Below the pieces are notes generated by a model, which was given only the letters and a program-made list of their open reading frames with translations, was not told the origin of the DNA and ran no database searches. A DNA stretch of 64,000 nucleotides from Octopus vulgaris (taxonomy: Eukaryota), in NCBI GenBank assembly GCA_951406725.2, contig OX597818.1, positions 12,276,001 through 12,340,000 on the forward strand, in the 5' to 3' direction. How positions within the stretch are numbered: the first letter of the stretch is position 1; each line of letters begins with the position of its first letter. Below, one piece after another: positions 52,733-64,000 of the stretch. The position numbers and the translations under genes were made by a program.

Positions 52733-53147
52733 AGGCGTAGGAGTGGCTGTGTGGCAAGTAGCTTGCTTACCAACCACATGGTTCCGAGTTCAGTCCCACT
52801 GCGTGGCACCTTGGGCAAGTGTCTTCTACTATAGCCCCGCGCGACCAAAGCCTTGTGAGTGGATTTAGTAGACGGAAACTGAAAGAAGTCCGTTGTATAT
52901 ATGTATATATATATATATATGTATGTGTGTGTATATGTTTGTTTATCTGTGTTTGTCCCCCCAACATCACTTGACAACCGATGCTTATGTGTTTACGTCC
53001 CCGTAACTTAGCGGTTCGGCAAAAGAGACCGATAGAATAAGTACTAGGTTTACAAAGAATAAGTTCTGGGGTAGATTTGCTCGACTAGAGGCGGTGCTCC
53101 AGCATGGCCACAGTCAAATGACTGAAACAAGTAAAAGAGTAAAGAGT
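52733..53147 (+). mobile_element. SINE family A, full length
   Basis: ggcgtaggagtggctgtgtgg..ggttccgagttcagtccc..ggcggtgctccagcatggccacagtcaaatgactgaaacaagtaaaagag. Confidence 0.92.
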
Positions 53148-53373
53148 ATTAATCAAACCGCATCTTCTACACAAACCGTTTTAGAGGAAATACTGACAGG
53201 CCCCTTTTTATTTTTTTTACTAAAATCCCCATAGTTAAAAACAAAGCGCTTCTGGAAATCTGTCTGTTTCACACGAACACTTAGTAGTTAAACCATTTTA
53301 TTTTACATCTTCAGACGTGCGACAACTGTCAGGGGAGAAAAACCAAGAGGCAGATATGTCCTCTTGGCTCTAT

Positions 53374-53750
53374 AGAATACAAGCCGTCGAAATGTAGTTC
53401 CTCTGAATGGTCTCTGGAGTAATGTTACTCGACAGTATCGAACCACTACTTCTTCGCATTGATAAGTCACAGCTTCAGTGCTACGGACACGTGATTAGAA
53501 AAATAGAAAAGAAAGGTCGCAGGAGAGAATGGTAAGGCGGTTTCTTCAAACCAAGCCAACTGGCTGGAGATCAAGGGATAGATCAAGACGGAGATGGTTG
53601 CATGAACAGTCTGAGTTGGTCACGCTTAGGAAATCAGCCGGGAAATCTAATGACAGTTGCTTCCTAGAAGATCCTATGGAGGAAGTGGCTGAGAGACCAC
53701 GACCCCCACAAGAATAATGGGTGGAGAAGAAGACTAAATGGATAGATAAC
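53374..53750 (+). mobile_element. RTE-clade (Rex3/Expander-like) LINE 3' relic
   Basis: RIQAVEM*FL..IEPLLLRIDKSQLQCYGHVIR..TKPTGWRSRDRSRRRW..LSWSRLG..PRPPQE*; tail atggatagata. Confidence 0.75.
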
Positions 53751-54936
53751 TACTTCACTGCCATTTCTTTAAATTTCCTGTGGTTTTCTTAGCAATATAA
53801 AGGGTAATTTATGAATATCTGACATCCCAGTCTTATAACTGAAGCTGGAATTTAATTTTTACAATATTAATTTTTTTTTCTCTAGATACGTAGATAAAAA
53901 CAACACTTGGTTTACATGTGAAACTAGAAGTATTTCCTATGTTTGTAATTCGATTGTATAATACCAAAATATAATACCAAAATCAAATGCTTGAACAAAA
54001 TTCGGATTAAGTAGTGTGTATTATCTCATACTCTGTCATTTATTGCACTGTAGTTAAGTCTATAGATAAAAAAAAAACGTCAATAACAGATAAAAACTGG
54101 GCGAAACTTCATTTTAGCATTAGGATACTCTACTAATGTGTCCAAGAAGAGTACACATTTTAAAAGAATTTTGCTTTTTATCTTTTATATCCAAATATCA
54201 GAGAGGAGAAACATTGAGACCATCTGATATCTATATTAATAGCTAGAGAAAATGTAAACAACGCTGATTCACGTAAAGTGATTATATGGTACTGGTAAAT
54301 TGCATAATAGTTTTGTTTACATAAGAATGCAGGCAATAACTCTCTACTAATCTTAGGTAATAAATCTTTACCGAAGAAAAGACAGGAAAGTTATTATTCT
54401 GATGAAAAAATTAGATACAAAATTCCTGTAGCTAATGTAAAGTTCTAACTATATTTATAATGTAAATTTTAATATCAAGTTTCTTACGTTATGGTTGCAA
54501 TTGTTTACTCTTTCTGCCATTTAAAAAAAATTGTTGGTTATTTCTTTTAATGTACAAGATGTTATTTTTTAGTAGAGAAAATTTTTGTTATAAGAATTTA
54601 TGAGAATTCGTTAGCTATCAATATTTGAAATCATGCTCTCATATATTTGGAAAAAATGAAAATAAAACGCAACATAATGGATGGCTAGTGAAGGCGGTTA
54701 TTTTTGAGTTATGGCCATTTTTCAGCTGAGATCATTTCCATTATAAAAATAAAAATTAGCTGGTTGTATTACAAAAGACAAGTCCGAAACTGGGCAGAAG
54801 TGTTTGCTCTACAGCCATGTACTGCTGGGTTTGAGTCACTGCATGTTGTTTTTTGCTTATTTTAAACGATGATTCGGGTTGGACAATACCTTGGGAATAA
54901 AATTTCATAGGCAAAAACTCTGTGGAATCGTGTCAC

Positions 54937-54937
<1 letters not shown>

Positions 54938-55026
<89 letters not shown>

Positions 55027-55158
55027 TTATCTATCTGTCTGTCTGTCTGTCTGTTTGTCTGTTTGTCTGTCTGCCTGCCTGTCTGCATGTCTGCCTGCCT
55101 GCCTGTCTGTCTGTCTGCCTGTCTGTCTGTCTATCTATCTATCTACCTACCTACCTAC

Positions 55159-55228
<70 letters not shown>

Positions 55229-55342
55229 GTCTGTCTGTCTGTTTGTCTGTTTGTCTGTCTGCCTGCCTGTCTGCATGTCTGCCTGCCTGCCTGCCTGTCT
55301 GTCTGCCTGTCTGTCTGTCTATCTATCTATCTACCTACCTAC

Positions 55343-55404
<62 letters not shown>

Positions 55405-55526
55405 GTCTGTCTGTCTGTCTGTTTGTCTGTTTGTCTGTCTGCCTGCCTGTCTGCATGTCTGCCTGACTGCCTGTCTATCTATCTATCTACCTACCTACCT
55501 ACCTATCTATCTACCTACCTACCTAC

Positions 55527-55576
<50 letters not shown>

Positions 55577-55702
55577 GTCTGTCTGTCTGTCTGTCTGTTT
55601 GTATGTTTGTCTGTCTGCCTGCCTGTCTGCATGTCTGCCTGACTGCCTGTCTGTCTGTCTGCCTGTCTGTCTGTCTATCTATCTATCTACCTACCTACCT
55701 AC

Positions 55703-55748
<46 letters not shown>

Positions 55749-55829
55749 GTCTGTCTGTTTGTCTGTTTGTTTGTCTGCCTGCCTGTCTGCATGTCTGCCT
55801 GCCTGCCTGTCTGTCTGTCTGCCTGTCTG

Positions 55830-55900
<71 letters not shown>
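54938..55900. repeat. Higher-order tetranucleotide satellite (TATC/TGTC/TGCC/TACC)
   Basis: Marker gcatg at 55085, 55273, 55453, 55629 and 55789 (spacing 188, 180, 176, 160). Confidence 0.9.
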
Positions 55901-55914
55901 GCAAACAAATCTCA

Positions 55915-56278
55915 AATTTTGTTTAATTTGCTTTTTGCGGGAAGGAATGTTTCAACGAAGTTGTATCAATCACCTTAACCTTCGAAACGCGGAGTAGATG
56001 AAACAAAGGTGACTGAAGAAGGGGAATTTTCCTTGTGTTCTATGTCCTGTACTCTATTTTTTCGTTGTTTAAGAAAAATGTCCATTTCCTTGGTTTTGTG
56101 TTTATGTTTTCGTTTCTCATTGTATTCGACGTTTTTTTGATGTCCTGTACCCGTATATGCATGTATATATACATGTAGATGTAGGTACGTACATATATGT
56201 ATGTATATATGCATATGTTTTATTTATTATTTTGTTATTATATGACGGAACGCACGCATCCATTTCTAAGTAAGTTTG

Positions 56279-56280
<2 letters not shown>
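55915..56280 (+). mobile_element. Short element carrying a permuted HHR
   Basis: Homologous to 4850-5068; the block acgcacgc(a/g)tccatttc(t/c)aagtaagttt is shared with 18337-18363. Confidence 0.7.
55961..56024 (+). ncRNA. Non-circularly permuted hammerhead-like motif (cleavage strand decayed)
   Basis: ttgtatc-aa-TCACCTT-aac-CTTC-GAA-ACGCG-gagtagatgaaaca-AAGGTGA-CTGAAGA-A-GGGG; helix I is a perfect 7 bp. Confidence 0.55.
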
Positions 56281-56326
<46 letters not shown>

Positions 56327-59300
56327 ATGTATGTATGTATAAACAAGGACATATAAGCGAATGTATTCTTAAATATACTGTTGCTGGATAAAAGACTAAA
56401 TGGTCTTAGCTAGAACGTTTTGAATCATAGGCATGCTTAATGAGGCTTAACTTGGGGTTAAACAACGTCATAATAATCAATATTTTTTTTATCGCCATGA
56501 AGTATCTGAAGTTTTAATGTAACTCTGTTTTCTCTGTCATGCAGGATAGTTATAGAAAGTTGTATTCAAGCACAAAGGAAAGCAACTACTTTTTCTGAAT
56601 AAGTAAACTTTTTAAGGAGAATGGAAATTGCTATACAACTATTTCCAGTTTTGTGTTCACAGTTTAAACTGGATTTTAAAACCACACATTGTCTACTTGA
56701 AGATGCAATATAACTGCTTTAATGGAAAGTGCTTTTAGACAGATTGAACAAGTACGAGAATAAAAACGGCACGTTATTAGATACATCTAAATTAGCAAAG
56801 AATTTAACGAGAATGGAAATAGTTATCCCATGGTTACTAATCTTGTAACCACTTCTCGTTTTGAATAGATTGAACAAACATGAGTATAAAAATTATTACT
56901 CTGGATGCCTCCTATCCAAAGAGATTCTACATCGAAGAAACTATATAAAGCAACGAATAAAGAAGAGCGAGAAGTCTGATTTATATGGAAGAAGATGAGA
57001 AAGAAAACAAGAACCTGGTGAGTTACTGGAAAATAACCCAAAACAAAGTTAGAGTACAGACATGTTTCACTAAAATATTTATATCTAATAAGTTTTAAGA
57101 ATGCCAGTAAATGCTTTAATTCTATAAGTAGCAACTGTTATATGATTAGCTATAAATAACGTCCGGCTGATATTGGTTTCTAATTGGATGCAGGACAATG
57201 AACGAAACCTTTTCACAGAAAAAGAAAACGTAGAAACCCCAACGAAATTATATATATTTTATGTTGTTATTCATAAAGTAGGAACATAGAATAGACATAA
57301 AAACATATAGACGCGCGTACACATGCACACTGTACGTATAATGTACTATGTATAATATATATGTAGGTCTTCTTAAATTCTGTGCACACAAGCACAAATG
57401 AGCAGCGAGGAAGTCTGCACTAGGTTGCTTGACCTGTTAGAAATAGCGACCGAATCCTTAGCCGTTTTAAAAAGGAAGGCCCACTTTAGGTATTATAGTT
57501 TTGGATGCGCTATATCTGAAGAAGAAAGATAAACATTACTTCAACATTTGTTTATATGTCAACTCAGTCAGATGAGACTTGGGTATTAAACAATAATTGT
57601 ACGCACATACGCACACACACGCATATATATATATAAATGCAATTCAGTTTGTCCTTACGTATTATTTCTACGTATTATCCTTATACTATCCTCAAATTAT
57701 ATTTTATAAATCCAAACAGAAAAAAAAACTTTAACATAATGTGTAAATCACATAGCAACTATGAGAGTAGCAGAAGTCACACCACACAATTCACACACAG
57801 ATATTATTAGCAACTTGACACTCAGCAAATCAAAGATTAGACAATATTGATTTTATTGAAAATTTTTAATTAAAATTATTGATTTTTTACTTAGACATAA
57901 GGTCTCAAGTTTGGCAGACTATATTAACATCAGTTGCTTGCCTGATACCTATTTTTATCAATTCCAAGATGATGAAGGTCAATGTTAACTTAGACGAGAT
58001 TCGAAATCCGAGAGTAAGGAGTTGCATCTGAATACTGCAAGACATATAATTGATATCATTGACGTCAATTGGCATTAGTTTAAATCTGTTTTAACATGCT
58101 AACATATGTTAGGATCAGCAGTCAGCTTTACGTGTTATTTCGCCGTAAGCTGTTTCTAGAGAGTTTTGTTTTGTAAATATTTTTTCTAGAATCACTTCTA
58201 ATCATGTGTGAAGAGAATGAGCAGCGAAAATAAATAGAGATGTGTATAGCGGTAGACTTTCAATATTTCATCTATATTGGCAACTGATCTTATTTACTTT
58301 CGCTAAAATACGAGGTGAAATTAAAAGTTTTAGCTGACATTGCTGTTTATTTTATTGAAAATGTCACGAAATTACTTAATGTTTCAATTTAATGCCAGTA
58401 TAACATTGCCTAAAATATATGCTATTAATTTATATTTGCTAGCTGATTTAAAAGTATTTATTTAAAGTTATTTTAACTACAACCGACACACTGCATAATC
58501 TCCAACGCATACATATGCATTTAAATGCTTGTAAACATCGTTAAAAACTCAAATTATTTCATGTATTATAAAATTCACTTAAAAATCTTATTTATATGAT
58601 TTATTTTATCTTTTGTAAGACGGAGAAGTAGCTACTATTCTTGCATGGAATTGCAAAATAAGAAAGATTTAATCTTCAACAAATTGTTCTTACACAATAA
58701 ATGTTTCAATTCAAACTGAACTCATAGAAATGAGATAGCAACATAAATTTCGATATCAAATAAATATTATATTTATAGTTATATCATTTTTTTAAACATT
58801 TAGAATTTATTTTCTTGAAAATGTTGATGTGTTATTATCAGGAATATGACATAATAAATTGAAAGACGATGTGGCAAAGTAAACAATAATAATAATATTG
58901 ATTTCTAATTTAGACACAAAGCTGTACATTTGGGGTGAAGCATTGTAGTCGTTATAATTGAGCCATATTGATATCTTGTTTATCGATCCGGAAAGGATTA
59001 AAGTAAAATTGACTTCGGAAGATTTCAAGTCCGAGATTTAAAGGATGCAACGAAATCACGTATGAAATTCATTGACTCTCGTCTTCAAAAGAAGGTGATA
59101 AATTGACACAATCACGAGAGCATAGGACAAAATATTTCGCAGTACTTGTTCTGCCTCTTTAAGGTCAGTGTTTTAATTCCGTGAGGTTATCTTTGCCAGT
59201 TGCCCTTTTAGAGTCGATAAAATAAAAGTAGTAATCTTGAGCGGTGAATTAGTGCGATATTGGGGCGTAGACCAAAATACTATGTAATATTTGTCCCAGT

Positions 59301-59499
59301 TCTTTACGTTCTGTGAGTCCAAACAGATGTAGCAAACTTGTATGTATCTAGCCGACTGTGTCTTGTGGGATTTAACCGAGTAAACTGTTCAAGTCAATTG
59401 GTACTCAATGATTTTAGCTTTAGACTACGGGCATAAATAATTTTCAAGGGATGTGAATAGTCCTACTACACAAAAGAAAGTGCCACTAATTTACTGCAT

Positions 59500-60037
59500 A
59501 AGGTTTAATGGAACAAAAGACGGCAATTTTAAATATTTGGGAACCAATATTACATCAGATGGGAAAAACAAGGAAATAAATGCCGGACTAGAGAGGTCCT
59601 GCCTGCTTTGATGAGATCAAACAAATTATCAAATAGTTGGCTATGAATAAGCGTGAGGAAAAGAGTCCTGAGGGTATACATATTCAGAACCAGCACTTGC
59701 TAAAGCTTGTCAGAACTTGAGAGATGTGGGTGCTTAGACAACCATGGAGTTATCCTATACTGATAGAATAATAAACGTTGAAGTTCGTAGACGAGTATAC
59801 ACACTCGGGAAATTTCTTATCCGCATAAGGATGCAACATGCTATATTGGAATCATACGAGAAGATAAATTTTTGACGATTTAGTGACAAATGGAGAACTA
59901 AAAGGGATCAACTGAGGAAGATGGGCTACAGGCAGATGGGTACAATTAAATGATAAGATTTGTGTGCATGTGACAAACTGTAGGGATGTCTGCAATCGCC
60001 GACGCTTATAGGCATAATACACGAAGAATAAGAAGGA
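59500..60037 (+). mobile_element. RTE-like LINE 3' relic
   Basis: FKYLGTNITSDGKNKEINA..MELSYTDRIINVEVRRRV..LVTNGELKG..IADAYRH; gaagaataagaagg tail. Confidence 0.7.
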
Positions 60038-60449
60038 ATAGTCGATTTGACCAAATCCGTTAGTACTTTGTATATTTTGTACTTGTTTTGTACAAAACAA
60101 AAGGAAGAAAAGTGAAGTGGGTTCTGTTAAGATGTTCAGTCCGAAACATTGATAGGCAGAAACATGTACTGAAAAATATTTACAGTTGCTGCCACCCAAA
60201 TAAACTGCAATAAAGATTATTTCTCTCATTGCTACGAGAACACACATTCATTAAAGGATGTATTAAATATGCATATTACATGGCTGATGCTTCTTCTGCA
60301 GATCCTGAAGGAAATCTTTTAACACTGTGACACTTATAATACTACATATCTTGTGGTTAAGTGTATTGTCGATTTCATTGGAAGTAAAACAGACAGCAGC
60401 GAGAATTGAACTCAAAACATAAAGGTAGGTAAGCTAAATACTATCAAGT

Positions 60450-60639
60450 ATTTGGTTTTAAATTTTTGCATGAGGCGAGTAATTTCATGGAAGTGAGTAA
60501 GTCGATTACATCAACTCCAGTGATCAGCTGATTCTTATTTTATCGACTTCAAACGATGAAAGGCAAAGTGGATGTCAGTAGTATTTGAACTCAGAATGTA
60601 AAGTTGGAGGAAAAGACGCTAAGCAGTTTGCTCAGCGTG

Positions 60640-60640
<1 letters not shown>
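60450..60640 (-). mobile_element. SINE family B, diverged (further relics at ~57895-58045 and 58900-59230)
   Basis: gatgaaaggcaaagt..atttgaactcagaatgtaaag..gctaagca..gcgtgcta. Confidence 0.7.
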
Positions 60641-60679
<39 letters not shown>

Positions 60680-60787
60680 TTTACTAGTTCAAATCGTCCA
60701 TCTCTCAGCAAAGACGCACAAAACAAAGGTAAATGTGCAGCATGCTTCAGAGTAGTCACATGATCAACTACGTTATTTCTCCTTCGT

Positions 60788-60835
<48 letters not shown>

Positions 60836-60836
<1 letters not shown>

Positions 60837-60992
60837 TTTATTTAAAGCAGCAGAAAATTCAACAAAACCTGTTACTCTGAATTTCCCGTTGCCGTTCATC
60901 GGACAGTTTTTCTAGCAAAAACTGTCCGATGAACGGCAACGGGAAACTCAGAGTAACAGGTTTTGTTGAATTTTCTTCTGCTTTAAATAAAG
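60836..60992. repeat. Near-perfect 76-bp inverted repeat (74/76, 5-nt loop), each arm with an HHR-like motif
   Basis: 60836-60911 / 60917-60992; the element continues to ~61063 and is flanked by (TA)n on both sides. Confidence 0.92.
60922..60959 (+). ncRNA. Small type I hammerhead-like motif (U4C, weak helix II); mirror copy on minus at ~60869-60906
   Basis: CTGT-CCGATGA-aCG-gcaa-CGg-GAA-ACT-cag-AGT-A-ACAG; GUA triplet. Confidence 0.55.
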
Positions 60993-61061
60993 CATATTAC
61001 TCTACCACTGGTATTTGAGTACTCTTTCTTCCACCTTGTTTCACATTTATGTGTTTACTCC

Positions 61062-61094
<33 letters not shown>

Positions 61095-61187
61095 AAAATA
61101 AAATACAAAATGGGACAAGAACGAAAAACAGGACAACAAAACATCCAGATAGACGATACAATAAAAAAACACGGACGGGTCATTCGA

Positions 61188-61254
61188 AGCCTTTTATCTT
61201 CAGTTAAGGACCGGATCATCCTAGCAATTTTGGCTGATTAATCTTGAGATTGCT
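61188..61254 (-). ncRNA. Permuted hammerhead-like motif, copy 1 (G12A, helix I mismatches)
   Basis: Minus strand AGCAAT-C-TCAAGA-ttaatc-AGCC-AAA-ATTGCT-aggatgatccggt-CCTTAA-CTGAAGA-taaaa-GGCT; helix III is a perfect 6 bp. Confidence 0.55.
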
Positions 61255-61556
61255 CCAATCTGGCCAGCCCCAAGGGAAAACTAAGCTAAGAGCACTATAT
61301 TCCTTGGAAAAAAGCAACGAATGTATACGAAACAAGGACAGAAAAACAGACGATGTTACACGATTATAAATACAAAATACAATAAAAAACAATAATAATA
61401 ATAATAATAACAGTACATAACAACAAGCGTCTTTCGACTAATAACGAATTGAATTCAGCTGGCGTGTATGGAAATTAAGCCTTACGACAGAGGAAGAATA
61501 TCGACGTGGCAGTGACCACAGTCAAGCGCGAAAGAGCTAGCAGTCGGGTCATTCGA

Positions 61557-61623
61557 AGCCTTTTATCTTCAGTCAAGAACCGGATCATCCTGGTAATTTC
61601 GGCTGATTAATCTTGAGATTGCT
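61557..61623 (-). ncRNA. Permuted hammerhead-like motif, copy 2
   Basis: Minus strand AGCAAT-C-TCAAGA-ttaatc-AGCC-GAA-ATTACC-aggatgatccggt-TCTTGA-CTGAAGA-taaaa-GGCT; helices I and II are perfect. Confidence 0.65.
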
Positions 61624-61676
61624 CCAATCTGGCCAGCCCCATGGAAAATCTAAGCTAAGGGCATTAGATTCCTTGG

Positions 61677-61747
<71 letters not shown>

Positions 61748-63590
61748 TGCTGACTGTTTTAATTTATAGAGGCTTCAATGAAACGTTGATTTACAGTCAG
61801 TTACTATGGTCTAAACATGTCACCAAGGAAACAGCTCTTAAATATGTGCTTTTTAATTGACTTTACTTACACACACTCATGCGCACACACGCATATGCTT
61901 TGTTAAGATGTACACGAAATCACATCTGTAGATTTAATAATGATATTTTGTCTCGCTATGGAAATCGGTTCTGTTGTTAAACGACATAGCTCTTAGCAGC
62001 TTGCAATGGAGGAGTGACATGTATAATTTACTTTTGTGACATATTCATCAGAGATCGTTTATCACTGTCTTTTCAAGCTTTCTGAAGAAAGCGGGCAAAT
62101 AGTTACAAAGTGATCCAAGGATTAGAGCAGGGTATAATCTTGGTTACATTTTTGCAGGTAGTTACACAATAATTTCTATCAGCAGTTAAGAAAATATAGG
62201 TGGGAAATCCTTATTGAATCTTTAGTGCGAAACGAAACGAACCATTTCGATTTCCATTCCAATCCGCTGATAACTTTCTTGTTTAGACACGAGTTCTACC
62301 CTCACAGCGATGCTAAATAAATATTTATTAAACATTTTGTATAACGACTCTGTATAGATATTTATTCAAATACTTCAAACAGTAGAAGAAATTTTATGCC
62401 ACGATGAGGGAGAATAAGGTTTCCGGAAGAACCCTCCGTCGGGAAGAGATGATATGTCAACTGTTGCTGAAAGATAAATATACTGGGATTAGAGAAACAG
62501 AATTGGTAGGGGTGGAGAAGAAGGAGGTGAAGAAGAGGAGAGAAGTCGGAAATGTAAACGGAGGGGGAAATCAGAGCAAAATGGAAGGAGAAACTGTCAG
62601 ATCGGTAAGAAACTAAAAAGACACCAACAGACTCGAAAAATAAATTTTGAAGTAAGGAAGTAATGACATGGGAAAAACACTATACAAACACACAGATACG
62701 CAGACATACATACATACACATACGCGCGCTCAGTGACGTATATATATGTGGTGTGTGTATGTGTATGCTATTATGCTATTATACATAAATGCATACACTT
62801 ACATACACTTATACACATGTATAAATACACATGCATACACATGTATAAATACTGCACAGATATAAGCAAATGACTAGGAAAAAAATATTTTTGGCCGTAT
62901 GATTGTGCTTGCATTGTTTATACGTATATGTATACACTTTTATTACAAATGTGTCTGTCTAAGTATGTATGAACCTTCCACCATCTCTCTCTCCCCCTCT
63001 ACCCCTCTTCCCCTCTCTCCCCTCTCTCACTCTCTCTCTCTATATATATTTATATATATAAACACACACACAAATATATACATATATTTGCACAGACAGA
63101 TACACGCACATATATCTGTGTGCGTGTGTGTGTATATGTGTGTGTATTTATAATGTCTATTTACCTTTCATCTGACATTATTTTCTCAGCTACTGTCGGC
63201 GTTTTTTCAAATCTCTTGGTATTCCTTTTATTTTTATATTCAGACGGTGACTCCTTCTTCTACAATTACATCCCCTTTCTCCTGCTTTACCTTCCTTCTC
63301 CATTACCTTCCTGCTCTGTTATATCTATCCTTCAACACCATTTGACATTTCATCTGTCTCTGACAAAAACTCCTCCTTAGAATGTTTTGGCTTCTTTTCC
63401 TCCCGGCATAAAAATTTTGAATTGTTTGTGTTAATCTTCACCGACGTAAAACATCAGTAGTTACCTCAAATTGTAGTTTTTTGGTATATTCTTTTCATAG
63501 TTATTTCCACCGACATATTATCATGTACTAGCAGTATATATATATATATATAGATGTGTGTATATGTATATATATGTATATATATGTATA

Positions 63591-63638
<48 letters not shown>

Positions 63639-64000
63639 TATAATATAAACTAGAGTACCGATAGTTATATATATATATATATATATATATATGAATGTAT
63701 ATGGTTATAAATATATATGAATGTATGTGTATGAATCTGTGTGTCCACATCTTTATTATACACACGCATATATACGTATTTATTTGCATCTAGGTATAAA
63801 TATATGCATGTGTGCGTGCGTGTGTGTATGTGCATGCGTCTGCGCGCATCCGTGAGTGTTTCGATATGTATATATGTGTATTCATATATATGCATATATA
63901 GTTATATATTTATAAGTATATTCGTAGATGACTGCTTATGTGTGTGTGTGTGTGTGTATGTGTGTGTGTGTGCGTGTAAGTACTCTTCTCATTGCCAGTA

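Larger units (their letters stand above)
61093..61679 (-). mobile_element. Element with two 135-bp direct repeats 369 bp apart, each carrying a permuted HHR
   Basis: 61176-61310 vs 61545-61679; flanked by (TA)n. Confidence 0.8.

Noticed and set aside
62411-62450. Minus-strand CCGACGG-agggttcttccg-GAAACCTT resembling a minimal HHR
   Set aside because: Too many core and helix mismatches to call.

Overview
AT-rich, microsatellite-saturated eukaryotic DNA with no supportable intact protein-coding gene. Nearly every ORF in the track is translated simple repeat. The SINE families and the repeat landscape resemble octopus genomes (inference from recalled repeat sequences, not a database hit). The window holds many copies of 4-5 SINE families and relics of CR1-like, RTE, R4/Dong and Penelope-like (GIY-YIG) retroelements. 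It also holds maT/mariner, Tigger-like, piggyBac and Helitron DNA elements and several foldbacks. The main unexplained signal is a set of short elements embedded in (TA)n/(CA)n tracts that carry hammerhead ribozyme (HHR) motifs. One type I HHR at 320-410 has a fully canonical core, and there are several minimal or degenerate ones. Six loci from about three sequence families have the three hammerhead strands in a non-circularly permuted order (helix III'-UH-helix I' / helix II'-GAAA-helix III / helix I-CUGAnGA-helix II), with helix I and III sequences covarying between families. All alignments and folds were made by eye, and element boundaries are approximate unless a terminal motif is quoted.
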